From Heteronotia binoei (taxonomy: Eukaryota): a DNA stretch of 64,000 nucleotides. The notes below the pieces were generated by a model that was given only the letters and a program-made list of their open reading frames with translations, was not told the origin of the DNA and did no database searches. Position 1 is the stretch's first letter, and each line of letters starts with the position of its first letter. Position numbers and translations under genes: made by a program. The stretch lies in assembly GCF_032191835.1 (NCBI RefSeq), contig NC_083224.1:156984001-157048000 (forward strand), written 5' to 3'. Below, piece after piece: positions 49,011-61,153 of this stretch.

Positions 49011-49899
49011 CTCCCCCCTCCTTTTTTGTCATCCTACGCCCAACCACCCATCCATCCATCCTTCTGTCTGCAAGCGCCAAATAACACACTTGGCTCAATA
49101 GCCTGGGTATCCCCAATTAGAGAAGCCCTATACGGGGCTCAGGGGAGCCCAAGTTGCGTGCTGAGTCAAAAAAGATCAGAGGCGACACAGATAGAAGCTG
49201 TGCTCCCTGGCCGGACTAATCAAGAGATCGCAAGACGGACTTTGCCCCCCCACCCCTCTCTTCAGATCACCAGGCTCAGATGCCCGAGCGGCTGAATCAA
49301 ACCCGAAGTTGGGACCATCTGCATCTGCACTTTAACATCATTGGGACTAACTTAACATCTTGCCATTACCAGCACCTGCACTTTAACATCACCAAGACCA
49401 CCACTGGGACTGAAACTGTAAATGTTATTAATGAAGAACATCTATGGGCAGTGTGCAATTTGTCATCCTACCCAACAGACTATCTGGACTCACACCCCAC
49501 GGATGAACGACGGCTATCTCACTAATAGAACCAATTTTATTATTGTTAATTAATTATTGATTATTTTACCAATCAATTAGCGATTGACTTAATATTTAGA
49601 TATATATATATATAAAAAAAAAATTTTTTTTCCTTAACTTATTAATTAGGATGGGGGGTGGGAGGGATTATTTATTAATAAGTTTAGGAATTAATGAATT
49701 TATATGAATTTAAACTAATTGGTTGTAAGATGGATTGGGAGGGCTAACTAAATTAATTAATTTAAGACATAAGTAGTGGGTCTATTAGCCGGGAACCGGA
49801 GGGGTTGTAGTGAGGAGGGTAAATTGAAACGGCAGGTGCAAACAAATCGGGGGAGTGACACCGGTGGGTTTATCTTGGGTTCATTTTGGTTTGGTGCAG

Positions 49900-52875
49900 A
49901 TGTTTGGCCAGGGGATTCCAGTGCTCCTGGGGAGGGGAAGATATGACGGTGGGAATAGACAAAAATATAAGGGAAGGAGACAGAGACGAAATGGTGCTCG
50001 GCCACCTTCCAGTCTACTTCCCATCCCAATGGTAGCAGGTAGTGGGACCAAGAGGAAATGCTCGCCTCTGTCATTGGTGTTATGTAATGCCAGGTCCATA
50101 AATAATAAGACCGCAACCCTTAGGGAGTTTCTGCTACGGCAGAACATGGACCTGGCTTGCGTGACCGAGACCTGGGTGAGGGACGGGGAGACAGTAGCCC
50201 TCTCCCAGATGTCCCCCCCGGGATACTCGGTCTTTCACCAATCACGGATGAGCGGGCGGGGGGGAGGGGTAGCACTACTCATACGGGAGGATTACTCCTT
50301 TCGGGCTCTCCCGGATCCAAAGATTGATGGGATTGAATGCACCGGTCTGGCATGGGATGTTGGAGAGGGGTTGGCGGTTTGGCTGGTGTACCGTCCGCCC
50401 AACGCACCAGCTAACGCCTTACCATCACTATTGGAGGCAGTGGCGGGCTGGGCGTTGGAGTACCCGAGGCTTATGGTCCTGGGTGACTTCAACGTCCATG
50501 CCGACGACACGGCCTCCACTCAGGCGATGGACCTAGTGTCGTCCATGGCGACACTGGGACTCTCTCAATTTGTCACGACTCCCACGCATCAGGCCGGGCA
50601 TACATTAGACCTGATCTTTGCAGCCGGGATTTTGGTGAACGATATCGCCGGAGAAGCGGTACCATGGTCGGATCACCTAGCCCTTAAGGCCCGTGTGGGG
50701 ATGCCGCCCCAACCCTGTATGGGCGGAGAGCCTATTTTGGCTCGCCCTCGGGGCTTGATGGACCCGGAACGGTTCCAAACGGCCCTAAGGGATCCCTGGC
50801 CCACTGGCAATTCCCTCGATGACCTGGTGGAAATCTGGCAGGGCCAGCTGTCCAGGGCTATCGACGAAATTGCACCCCGGCGCCCTCTGCGCCCTCGCAC
50901 GAAGCTGGCTCCATGGTATACCTTGGAGTTACGCCAGCTGAAACAAGGGCTCAGACGACTAGAGAGGCAGTGGAGGCATACTCGGGACGAAGCAACGAGA
51001 ACATCCTATAGAACGTTTATGAAGTCTTATGAGGTGGCAGTCAAGGCTGCAAAGAAAGATTACTTTGCAACCAAGATTGCATCTGCAAACTCGCGCCCAG
51101 CACAATTATTTAGAATAATTGGGGATCTTACAACGTTGCCACAAGGCAAACCAAATGTTAGAGAATTAGGAATAGGCTGTGAGGCATTTGCGAAATACTT
51201 TGCAGATAAAATCTCGCTGCTCCGCCAAGACCTGCCTACCACATTAGATACAGTGAGTGAAATTGAGGCTCCGTGCCTGTCTTCAGGTTTAGTGCTGGAC
51301 CACTTCGACCCACTCAGCCTGGAGGAAGTCGACAGAATCCTCTCTGCTGCTCGCCCGACAACATGTGATCTGGACCCTTGCCCCTCCTGGCTGATTAAAT
51401 CTTGCCAAGGGGAGCTTAGATGCCCTTTACGGGACATCATAAATAGATCCCTTTTAGAGGGGCATTTTCCAACACCTCTGAAAGAGGCTTTGGTCCGCCC
51501 TCTCTTGAAAAAAGCTACAGCAGACCCGGCCGAATTGGCGAACTACCGGCCGGTGTCCAATTTACCGTTCTTAGGTAAAATTATTGAGAGGGCCGTGGCG
51601 TTGCAGCTACAGGGGTTTCTGGATGACGCTTCTGTCTTAGACCCATGTCAGTCTGGTTTCCGGCCGGGCCATGGGACGGAGACGGTGCTGGTCGCCTTAG
51701 TAGATGACCTCCAACGGCAACTGGATCGGGGCGGCGTTGCGGTACTGATGCTGTTAGATCTGTCGGCTGCATTTGATACAGTCGACCATCGGCTACTGAC
51801 GCGCCGCCTCGCCGACATCGGGGTCGAGGGGTTGGCCTTGCAATGGCTTTCCTCCTTTCTCCTAGGTCGGGGACAGAGGGTGGCTATCGGGAGCGAGCGG
51901 TCCCGGAGGCGCACACTGGATTGTGGGGTGCCCCAGGGAGCAGTTCTCTCCCCGATGCTGTTTAACATCTATATGCGCCCCCTTGCCCAGATTGCCCGGC
52001 GGTTTGGGCTGGGTTGTCATCAATATGCAGATGACACCCAGCTCTATCTACTAATGGATGGCTGGCCCGGCCCCGCTCCAGGGAATCTCGACCGGGCATT
52101 ACAGGCTGTAGCGACATGGCTCAGGCTGAGTGGGCTGAAGTTGAACCCAGCGAAGACAGAGGTCCTATGCGTGGGTCGCGGCGCTCTGGGAAGGGAAATA
52201 GCTCTCCCGGCCTTCGATGGTGCGCCATTGAAAGCAGCGCGCCAGGTAAAGAGTCTGGGTGTTTTACTGGAGCCTTCATTATCGATGGAGGCCCAGATAG
52301 CAGCCACTGCCAAGTCAGCATTCTTCCATCTGAGGCGGGCAAGGCAGTTGGCCCCTTTCCTTGAGCGCCGGGACCTCGCAACAGTGATCCACGCAACGGT
52401 CACCTCAAGACTAGACTACTGTAACGCCCTCTACTTGGGGCTACCTCTGTGCCGGACCCGGAAATTGCAGCTAGTGCAGAACGCGGCGGCCAGGCTGTTG
52501 TTGGGACTCCCGAAACGGGAGCATATATGGCCGGGACTACGTGAACTGCACTGGCTGCCGATTATATACCGGGTCCAGTACAAAGTGTTGGTCGTTACCT
52601 TTAAAGCCTTATATGGCCGAGGACCTGCCTACCTGAGGGACCGTCTTTCCCCATATGAACCCCAGAGAGCACTGAGGTCAACGGGGAAAAACTTAATGAC
52701 TATCCCTGGGCCGAAGGAAGTTAAATATCAGAGCACCAGAATACGGGCCTTTTCGATCGCGGCCCCTACCCTATGGAACCGACTCCCCGAGGAGGTGCGG
52801 GCCCTGCGGAGCCTTGAACAGTTCCGCAGGGCCTGCAAGACCATCCTTTTTAAATCAGCATATTCGGACTGCTAA
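49900..52875 (+). CDS. L2-clade LINE ORF2: APE-type endonuclease + reverse transcriptase, uninterrupted, 991 aa from the ATG at 49900 (the ORF track extends it to an upstream GTG at 49855)
   Basis: EN motifs CNARS, VTETW, VYRPP, GDFNVH, TPTH..LDLIF and SDH are present. RT motifs YRPVSNLPFLGK, QSGFRPGHGTET, LLDLSAAFDTVDH, GVPQGAVLSP, YADDTQLY and LKLNPAKTE are present. The C-terminus RLDYCNALY..LQLVQNAAARLL..LHWLP is typical of L2. No stop or frameshift. Confidence 0.95.
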   Translation: MFGQGIPVLLGRGRYDGGNRQKYKGRRQRRNGARPPSSLLPIPMVAGSGTKRKCSPLSLVLCNARSINNKTATLREFLLRQNMDLACVTETWVRDGETVALSQMSPPGYSVFHQSRMSGRGGGVALLIREDYSFRALPDPKIDGIECTGLAWDVGEGLAVWLVYRPPNAPANALPSLLEAVAGWALEYPRLMVLGDFNVHADDTASTQAMDLVSSMATLGLSQFVTTPTHQAGHTLDLIFAAGILVNDIAGEAVPWSDHLALKARVGMPPQPCMGGEPILARPRGLMDPERFQTALRDPWPTGNSLDDLVEIWQGQLSRAIDEIAPRRPLRPRTKLAPWYTLELRQLKQGLRRLERQWRHTRDEATRTSYRTFMKSYEVAVKAAKKDYFATKIASANSRPAQLFRIIGDLTTLPQGKPNVRELGIGCEAFAKYFADKISLLRQDLPTTLDTVSEIEAPCLSSGLVLDHFDPLSLEEVDRILSAARPTTCDLDPCPSWLIKSCQGELRCPLRDIINRSLLEGHFPTPLKEALVRPLLKKATADPAELANYRPVSNLPFLGKIIERAVALQLQGFLDDASVLDPCQSGFRPGHGTETVLVALVDDLQRQLDRGGVAVLMLLDLSAAFDTVDHRLLTRRLADIGVEGLALQWLSSFLLGRGQRVAIGSERSRRRTLDCGVPQGAVLSPMLFNIYMRPLAQIARRFGLGCHQYADDTQLYLLMDGWPGPAPGNLDRALQAVATWLRLSGLKLNPAKTEVLCVGRGALGREIALPAFDGAPLKAARQVKSLGVLLEPSLSMEAQIAATAKSAFFHLRRARQLAPFLERRDLATVIHATVTSRLDYCNALYLGLPLCRTRKLQLVQNAAARLLLGLPKREHIWPGLRELHWLPIIYRVQYKVLVVTFKALYGRGPAYLRDRLSPYEPQRALRSTGKNLMTIPGPKEVKYQSTRIRAFSIAAPTLWNRLPEEVRALRSLEQFRRACKTILFKSAYSDC

Positions 52876-53301
52876 GAAAAATGGTAATTAAAGATCCGCC
52901 AATGCGGTCCAAAGATCTATACCGCAGTATAATTGTATCTACTAGACTGGTTTTTAATTTAATGTTTTAATGTTTTATTGTTCTATAATGTAATTCTAAT
53001 GTTTTATTTATTATGGTGTGTTTTTATGGATTGCTGTTAGCCGCCCTGAGCCTGCCAAGGTGGGGGAGGGCGGGATATAAATGAAATTAATAAATAAATA
53101 AATAAATAAATAAATAAATTTGGCACAGCAAGCTATTTCTCCCCAATCAGAAATAACTAATATTTAAAAGCCAGTTCTGAATTTGGACCCTGTTGTACTC
53201 TGGATGATGTCAATGATTACCTCAACCCTGCCATACCACTCTCTCCCTTCCCATCTACTGATATGGTGGTGGTAGATGAAGAAATCCTTTTGAGTTCTGG
53301 A

Positions 53302-53520
53302 TAGGGTTGCCAGGTCTTTGTTGGAAAATACCCAGAGACTTTGGGGATAGATCTGGGAGAGGGCAGTGTTTGGGGAGAGGAGGGGTGTTAGCATGGTACA
53401 GTGCCATAGAGTCCACCCTTCAAAGTAGCCATTTTCTCTAGGGGAGCTGATCTCTGACACCTAGAGATCAGTTGTAAAAGTGAGAGATCTCTAGGCCCTG
53501 CCTGGAGGCTGGAAACCCTA
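53302..53520. mobile_element. hAT-like MITE (TAGGGTTGCCA family)
   Basis: TAGGGTTGCCAGG..CTGGAAACCCTA. The TSD is not preserved. Confidence 0.75.
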
Positions 53521-55268
53521 GCCTGGGCCATGTGGTTCCCATTGTGCCTGTGGTCCAAATTTGCATAACTGGAAACCTTTCTGTTTATATCCTCTTGTTC
53601 ATGTCTGTCTTCTAGTGCAGACTTCCCATTGGGCACTCTGAAAGTTCACCAACACCCACCCACCCTAGATGCACTTAGGGAAGCTCACCAAACAGCAGAA
53701 GAAAAAGAGGTGGAAACTTCAGTTCCATTAGTACAGCTGTGCTTGTTGGCAGCCAAGGTCCATCCTCATATCAATACTGGTTGCATATTACTCAGACATA
53801 TTTGCTCTGGCCCTTGGGGTAGACCTTTCCTGTCACAAGCACCAGATTAGGCTCGTTCTCAGAGTTTTTATTGTTCTTTGATTCAAAACATACTTCTTTT
53901 AAAGCACACAGTTATTTTTTAACAAAAGTTTAAAGCTTTGTCAGTTTTCCTCCAGGATACCTTAGGGACTCCCTATCCACTTTGAAATATGATCTACTTC
54001 CACTGGGAGTATAGCAAAGCTTCTGAGATTCTCGCCTTCAGATGTCGAAACAACAGTAAAGAAACGAGACCTCTAAATTGAATTACAGTCTTAAAAACTT
54101 CCTTTGTGAGAAATCATGGAACTTCAAGTTTATTAACCAGAGTGGTGGTTAATTTATCTGTAGTTGGAATGGATTCTCAATATGAGGTGGTCTTTTCCCC
54201 ATATACTGGAGAATTTCTCTCTTCCTTTTTAATGTTTGACAGGTATGCCTGTCAGGAACAGGATAAGATGTCCTTCCACTTAAAGACATCTGAATAAGAA
54301 ATCATACAGTATAATTTCAGGGGTCATGTAATGATTCAATATCTGAAATCCATGGAAACAAAAAAAAAAGTCACATGTCTGTCCACAGACATGGACTGTT
54401 TGTTTGTAATCAAGTGCATGTATAGTGACTAATAAATCAAGACATTCCGTAGCATATAGTTTAAACTAAACAGTGTTTCAGTCTACCTCTGATGTTCCTG
54501 GTCTGCAGGAGACATTTAACCATGTTTCATATGCTATGAGATCAGAAAAAAATACACATTGATGATCTGAACACTACTAATACAGGGGATAAAGGGTCTG
54601 GGCATTTCTGTTCTTATTCAACGAGAACTGGTGTTCTGGCAACACTGTTTCTTAAAGGTCAGTGTCAGGTTGATTTAGTACCCAGTTATTTGCAAAAGGG
54701 AGAAATCTGTCACACACACAAGTAAATGAACCTTGCATTGTTCAGGCACAAATCTGGGAATTTGTTACTGGGACTGCCCTTCACCTAAATCTAAGCCTGA
54801 ACAGCCATGAAGCTCTCACCGGCCAGTGTTCTACTTCATGATCAGCTTGGCTTACTCTGTAGTGAAATTTTGGCCTCTGTTATGAGTTAACGTCATGCTG
54901 CAGACTTTGATGGTTAGTTGCATAATACCCCATATTGGAGGGTTTAAAAAAAAAAATCAGGATACAGCTATGAGTGCCGATTTCAGCTTTCTAGGTGGAG
55001 TGGATATATTTTAACTGTTTTAGGAAATGCATCCCCCATTTTTAGAGATACAGTATCCCCGTTCAGAGCTTCCCAGCAAGCTGTATATATTGCGCTATAT
55101 AGGGTCCAAATTTTGAGGTCTTGGGTGGTCTAAAAGTACTTCATTGTTTGAAAATATTTTGAGCCAGTATATTAGGGCCTCATATTTTCAGTAAGGTATA
55201 GGATCTTCTGCATTTCAAGGCCCTAATTCATTTGGAAGTACTCTAACAATTGTAATAACCCATATGAT

Positions 55269-55446
55269 CATAAGAACATAAGAGAAGCCATGTTGGATCA
55301 GGCCAAAGGCCCATCCAGTCCAACACTCTGTGTCACACAGTGGCCAAAAAAATATTTATATACACACACACACACACTGTGGCTAATAGCCACTGATGGA
55401 CCTCTGCTCCATATTTTTATCTAACCCCCTCTTGAAGCTGGCTATG
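55269..55446 (-). mobile_element. CR1 3' end
   Basis: Near reverse complement of 15615-15790 (3' UTR, GT run, TTATGTTC tail). Confidence 0.9.
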
Positions 55447-58202
55447 CCATCGACAAGCAAGCCAAAATGCTACAGGAAGAATGGGGGAGACCATGACATG
55501 GGACTGACATGTCTTCCTGCAGCCCTGTGTCAAACAATGTATCACCATCCCTGGTGATTAACAAAAGTTGCTTAATTTCACACTGGGGAAATTTTTTAAA
55601 ATTATTCTTTATGTGGCAGTGTGCCTTTAATTAAGAGAGAAAGGATGGGCATAATGGCTTATGCTGAACCTGAGGCCGAGGAAGTGGCTTTTTCTTATCA
55701 TTTGTCTCATTTAATATTCACAGACCACAAGGATCTGCCTGTCATTTGCGGTTAGGAGGCTGCAGATTCCACACACACCCCTTTTAGTTGAAGAGCGCTT
55801 GTCCTCTTTGTTCTGCTTTGACACTGACACCATGTTTTGCTTCACTCTGAACACAAAAACATGAGTGCCCTGTGGTGCTCGTACATTAGCGCAACCTACT
55901 CCTCCTGAAATTAGCATTCCTCAGTGCCAGCTGGAATATTTATATGGCGTATAATGGCCTAACTTTGACAAGTTAGGGAACAAAATCATTCTACAACGAG
56001 CATGCCGATGGAGGCTGATTGTATTAATTGCTATTCAGATCAGTACTTAGCTTAATTATTACGTTTGTATAACATGTTTGTTAAATGGTTGCCTGATTGC
56101 TGTTCAGAAGATTGATTACTTGTTACATTTACCTTGTGGTTTCTGTGGGGGAAACTGTTGCTTGCCATTTCATCAATTCTGAACACACTGAGGTTGAGAA
56201 AGGCAAATGGGAATTGTGTGTTTATCTCTTGGTGCAAGTGCATTCCCACCTCACATTGCATTCAGCTGTTTAACTAAGGTACGTACACCTTTCTGGTCTT
56301 CTGGGTTTGAAGCCTGAAGTTTTGATGGGTGACTTGGTGAAAGTCTGTGAAGCATGTCCCCTTGTTACATGGTGTTCATTATTTGTTCTCTTGACAACCT
56401 TTACCCTTTTTGAACCAATACTAAAATCTCTTCCTGGCCACATCTTTGCCCCGTGCTGCCTAACTATCCTTATAAGCAACAAGTTGTCTTCAGAATAATG
56501 AATAGAGGGGCTTATCAATCCTGTTGCTCAAATCATCTTCAAACACACACACAGTTTCCCCAAACTATTGGTGTTGTTAAAGTCTTGAAGTAATAAGGAC
56601 TACAGCACCAAAGCACTGCCTTTTTCATTTATATTTATGATATTTTTTTGCTGCTCTAAACCTACTAAAGGCCGCTCCAGATATTACATTTTTAGGTATA
56701 TACCTATGTCGTTCTAAGTGTACATCAAAACATTTAAATCATGATGGCAGTGATCGCATTTGCTATGTATATCATGCAGGCACACTCACCAGGGAGCCTT
56801 TATTTTTAGCAGTTGCTACTTAAATGGTAAGCATGGTTTTCCTTAGCATAATATGCAAAATGGCATTTAGAGCTACTTTATACATTACTAAGAAACAGTG
56901 GCAGAGGATGTTCCAAATAAAACACAGGGAATCTTTACAAGCACATACAGTAATGGTAAGACTTTTTTTTTTTAAAAGGAAAAATGTGAAAAACCACTAT
57001 ATGTGAACTATTGATTACTGTTCTAGAATGCAAGACTGGCTTGCCAGTCACAGGGTATATTCATGAGCCTTTCCTTTAGGATTTTCTCATTTTCTTACAT
57101 ATTGTTTTTACCCTTTTTCTAATCTGCATTCACTTTTGGTACTTCAAGCACTGTAGGTGAAACATGTTATTTGAAAAGAAAACTGGCTCCATCCATCATA
57201 TTCAGTCAAAAAGCCTTAGCAAACATTCAACAATCCAGAAACCATGTCTTAACCCTTGATCTAACAATTCTTCCCAGCAGAATATATATATTTTTCCACT
57301 CCTGCTGCATTTGCAGTTCCAGTCGTAAAAAGAGTTACACTCTTCTAAGTACATTGAACTGCATGAATTTAGAAGGGTTTAACTGTGCCTAGGATTGCAC
57401 TGTTGGGTATGTCACACCCTACTGCATTGCAGTGTCCACTTTTGATTTGCCAGGTAAGAACTGTTTATTGTTTTCCATGTTAAACAAAACTTTTATTTCT
57501 TTTAGAAAAGTAAATTTGCTGGGATTTGACAGATCTTACCAGCACAGAGACACTCATGGGAGGTGATCATGATGACAGACATGCTTCAGCTGCCTGAGAT
57601 TTATTTTTACCACTCCCCCCCCCCAAAAAAATGGAGCAAATCAGTGCCTTGCGGTGACAGCCTATTTGTTCTGCAAAAGCAGAAATATGTCCCCACAGAC
57701 ACCAATCCAGCTAGTCTTAAACTCTTGTGCCTTTCTCTTGGATGCATATATTATGTAACACCAGAGGCCTAGTTTTTCCACTTTGTCTCACTCTTTAGAG
57801 TACAGGCTTGAGGTAGTTTGAGTTGTTTTACGCTGGAGAAACATTACAGCCATGACTGTAACTGTCAGGCTGCTGGTTCTTGTTTAACTGGAAAGCCATA
57901 AATCTTCTTTAGCACACTGACTGACTGCCTCACACATTCTTTTCCTCCTTTTTTCCATGCTATTAACTTTGGACATACTGAAGGGATCTTGGTCTAGCGT
58001 GCAAGGCTTCAATAAAAAATGCCTGATGACATTCTCTAGCTTTCTTATAACAGAAAGGTGCTTCTTTTTCTTGTCCAGGCATTTCATGCATAAACACCCA
58101 CATGTACAATATCTAACAATACATTTACTCTTCTATTTATTTGCCCCCCTCCCCAATTCTTCTACAAAGACTTGAATACAGAATCCTTGTTGAAACACCG
58201 AC

Positions 58203-58350
58203 AGCACGTTTGGTGTAGACTAAGATCTGGGAGACTCAGATTTGGATCCCCAATCCACCATAGTGGTTTGCTGGGTGACCTTGGGCCACTCATACTCTCT
58301 CAGCTTAATCTATTTTACAGGGTTGTTATGAGGATAAAATGGAGGAAAGA
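58203..58350 (+). mobile_element. Older MIR/Squam3-like SINE
   Basis: MIR-like core GGGTGACCTTGGGCCA..ACAGGGTTGTTATGAGGATAAAATGG. Confidence 0.6.
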
Positions 58351-59339
58351 AAAACTATGTAAGACAGGAGTGTCATATCTGACGGCCCATGGGACAGAAC
58401 CGGCCGGCCCAGTGCTTTAATCTTGCCTGCGAATGGAGCTTTCTCTGCGAGGGAGCCTTCCGCCCCCTCCCCTGCCTATTCTTGCCCTTCCAGGCTGCCA
58501 CTGACTGCGGGAAGCAGAGGGCAGGTCTGCCAAAGCTTGTTTGGCTTCATCTTCAGCTGCTTCTCCTGTGCTCTGCTCTGCTGGACTCCACCTGTGGCCA
58601 GAAGCCCATCCTGACTTGTCAACCCTGGTTTATGACATCACAGCTCCATGTGCCACCCCCGACCCCTTGGAGTCACTCACTCCTAGAACTTTGTCCCTAA
58701 GTCATGATAGGTGGGGCAGGCAAACAGTGACCACCAGGAATGGGGGTGTGGCTGGAGCACAGGTGTGAGGTCAGAAGAGGCTGGTGTCTAGCTTGTGCAG
58801 GTAGAAGGGGGGAAGAAAAAGAGCAAGAGAGGAGCACCTAAGAGGGTGAGAACTCCTTAGCTTTCCTGGGAGTTTCCTGGCTCGGGTTGAAGAAGGGACT
58901 GCCTTATGAAAGGCTAGGGTGAACCTGAGAAGGAGTTGTGGAGTGCCTCAAATGGGATGTGCAAGTCTTTAAAAAAAGAAGCTAAGTTCTCTGGCAGAGG
59001 AAGGTTGTGGCTTGAATTTGCAAGCCATGGTGTCCTAAAGAGGCCAGCAGAAGCAATTCACCCTGCCCAGTCAGCTTTCACAGAAGGAAGAGTGAGTGGA
59101 TGTCCAGGGAAGCCTCTGCAATTGAGGTGATCACAATGGAGGAAGCAGGTTGGGGCATATACTCGCCCTACTTCTCCTCCCAAAAGAGATCTCTTTGCAG
59201 CAGCTTTTGAGTAGCATAACTGGGTAGGGGGGATGGGGAAAGGAGTGTAAATTTTGGAGTTCAGCCACTTTCTCTACTTGTTGCTTTTGAACCTGAAATG
59301 AGACCGAAGTTTTTAATTGTTGTTATTTTGGGGTGGGGA

Positions 59340-59435
59340 TAGATCCAGGTGGGCAGTCATGTTGGACTGAAGCAATACAACAAAGTTGTAATCCAGTAGC
59401 ACCTTTAAGACCAATAAAGTTTTATTGAGAATCAA
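59340..59435 (-). mobile_element. Penelope-like terminal-repeat remnant
   Basis: CCAGTAGCACCTTTAAGACCAA is the reverse complement of the motif at 47585-47610. Confidence 0.5.
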
Positions 59436-61073
59436 AAGCGTACATTCTCTTTAAATCTACTACAATCCCTTTAAGAGCTTTAACGCAGCTCTGTGGCTAC
59501 CCTTACTAAGAAAGCAGGGTATAAATGTTTCAAATAATAAATACATATGCACAATCTGGCTTTTGTTTGTATGCGCATCTTTAGCTAGATGAGATTGTAG
59601 AAGCTTGTGATTTGTCAGCTTAACCCAATGGGTAGGTATGCATGACTAAAAATGCTGAAATTCCAGTCAGCTCTTTGGAATGGGTAGAAGGACTGTGTTC
59701 AGTCTCTCCTACTGAGTTTCCTACCAGATAGTTGACCTTTGTGCACATGCTATTGTGCACATGTTATAGTGGATTGGAAGAGCTGTATCTAGAACAAAAT
59801 TGTTGGATCTTTAGTAGTTGTTGACATAACATACCTTTTACCTTATAGTTCCTTAGTTTTCGGAGACATAAAATTCAGTATGAAGATATTAAGAGCATAA
59901 GAATGAAGGAGGAGGAAGACAATTGTCACAAGGTCTTAACATTTAATTAGCTTCTTTATGTTGATTTGAGTTCTTCACACCTGGTTTTCATGCTTCATAT
60001 CATTATCAGCTCTCTATTTTAGTCTTTGGTGATGCTGCCTACAATTATCACTATTATGTGTCACAGCAGTTCTACTTTCCCCACCCCACTTCTGACTTTG
60101 CCCTGAAAGAACCTTCAGTACACTTTAGTCATTGATTGATTTGCTTAAAGTATCCTCATGTTTCAGTAGGAAATGTGAGTGTAAACCTTTTCTAATAAGA
60201 GCACATAATACACTGTGTGCATACTGATTTCAGAACAAAACTCGGGTTCTTGGAAATATGGGCTTATTTGTAGGAAAAGCAGGATGCTGAAAAAAAAATT
60301 ATTCCTGTGAAATTCTCTCCACATTTAAAGAATTATTTATTCACCATCCTCTCTATGTACTATGTTCATGTGCCAGTAATCTATGGGTGACAGAGAAACT
60401 GCATTAGTCTGCAGACACTGGGCACAGAGAAATCAACTTGTGCTTTAAGGACCCCCTAATAAAAATACTGAACCACACATGAAGCAGCTTCTCTAAAAAT
60501 CTGCCCCCCTGCTGTGTTCCCAAATTTCAGCAGGACTATCATGGTTTCGGTTGATAACCTCTTCAGAAGCGCAACAGTGACCCCTTGACACTTAAGAGAT
60601 CCATCCTAAAGATTAAAAGGACTGCAGAATTTGCAGCAGACTAAAACAAGGTGACCATTTTGTTAATTCCCTCTAAATGTACTCAGCTTTATCCCTTTGT
60701 GTTTAAAACTAGGTTTTTCTTACTTTTTTTCTGGCAAGATCATTATTATCTTCTTTTTAAGACACTTCAAACCATTTGCCAAATCCTTTTCTTCCAGATT
60801 CACAGTGTCTTCACACTGGATATTAAGCTTATAAATGAAGAACTAATTTCCTACTCAATATGTGTTTTTTTCTTTACACATAGATATTGATTAAACTATT
60901 GGAACAGTCTCCTCCAGAGTATCCTTTTTCCAAATCACACTACACTGGCTCTGAAACAGACCCCTTTTCAGACTCTTTTCACACTCTAGAGTCTCCCAAG
61001 CCAACACTCTCTTCTCCAACCAACACACTGTCTCACGGTCACACTGTTCTCTACAGTTAGCTGCAGTTCTCCC

Positions 61074-61075
<2 letters not shown>

Positions 61076-61150
<75 letters not shown>
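61076..61150. repeat. (AAT)n microsatellite forming an L2 tail
   Basis: Perfect trinucleotide run abutting the L2 3' stem-loop. Confidence 0.95.

Positions 61151-61153
<3 letters not shown>

Larger units (their letters stand above)
48481..53118 (+). mobile_element. Apparently full-length, young L2 LINE
   Basis: AT-rich flank switches abruptly to a CpG-rich leader at ~48480. Intact ORF2 follows. The 3' UTR ends in a CCGCCCT(53041-47)/AGGGCGG(53067-73) stem-loop and a (TAAA)n tail to ~53118. The 5' boundary is approximate. Confidence 0.85.

Noticed and set aside
54215-54300. Strong-looking plus-strand splice acceptor (also at ~20113 and ~42186)
   Set aside because: All frames close within ~35 codons, there is no good donor, and no recognisable peptide.
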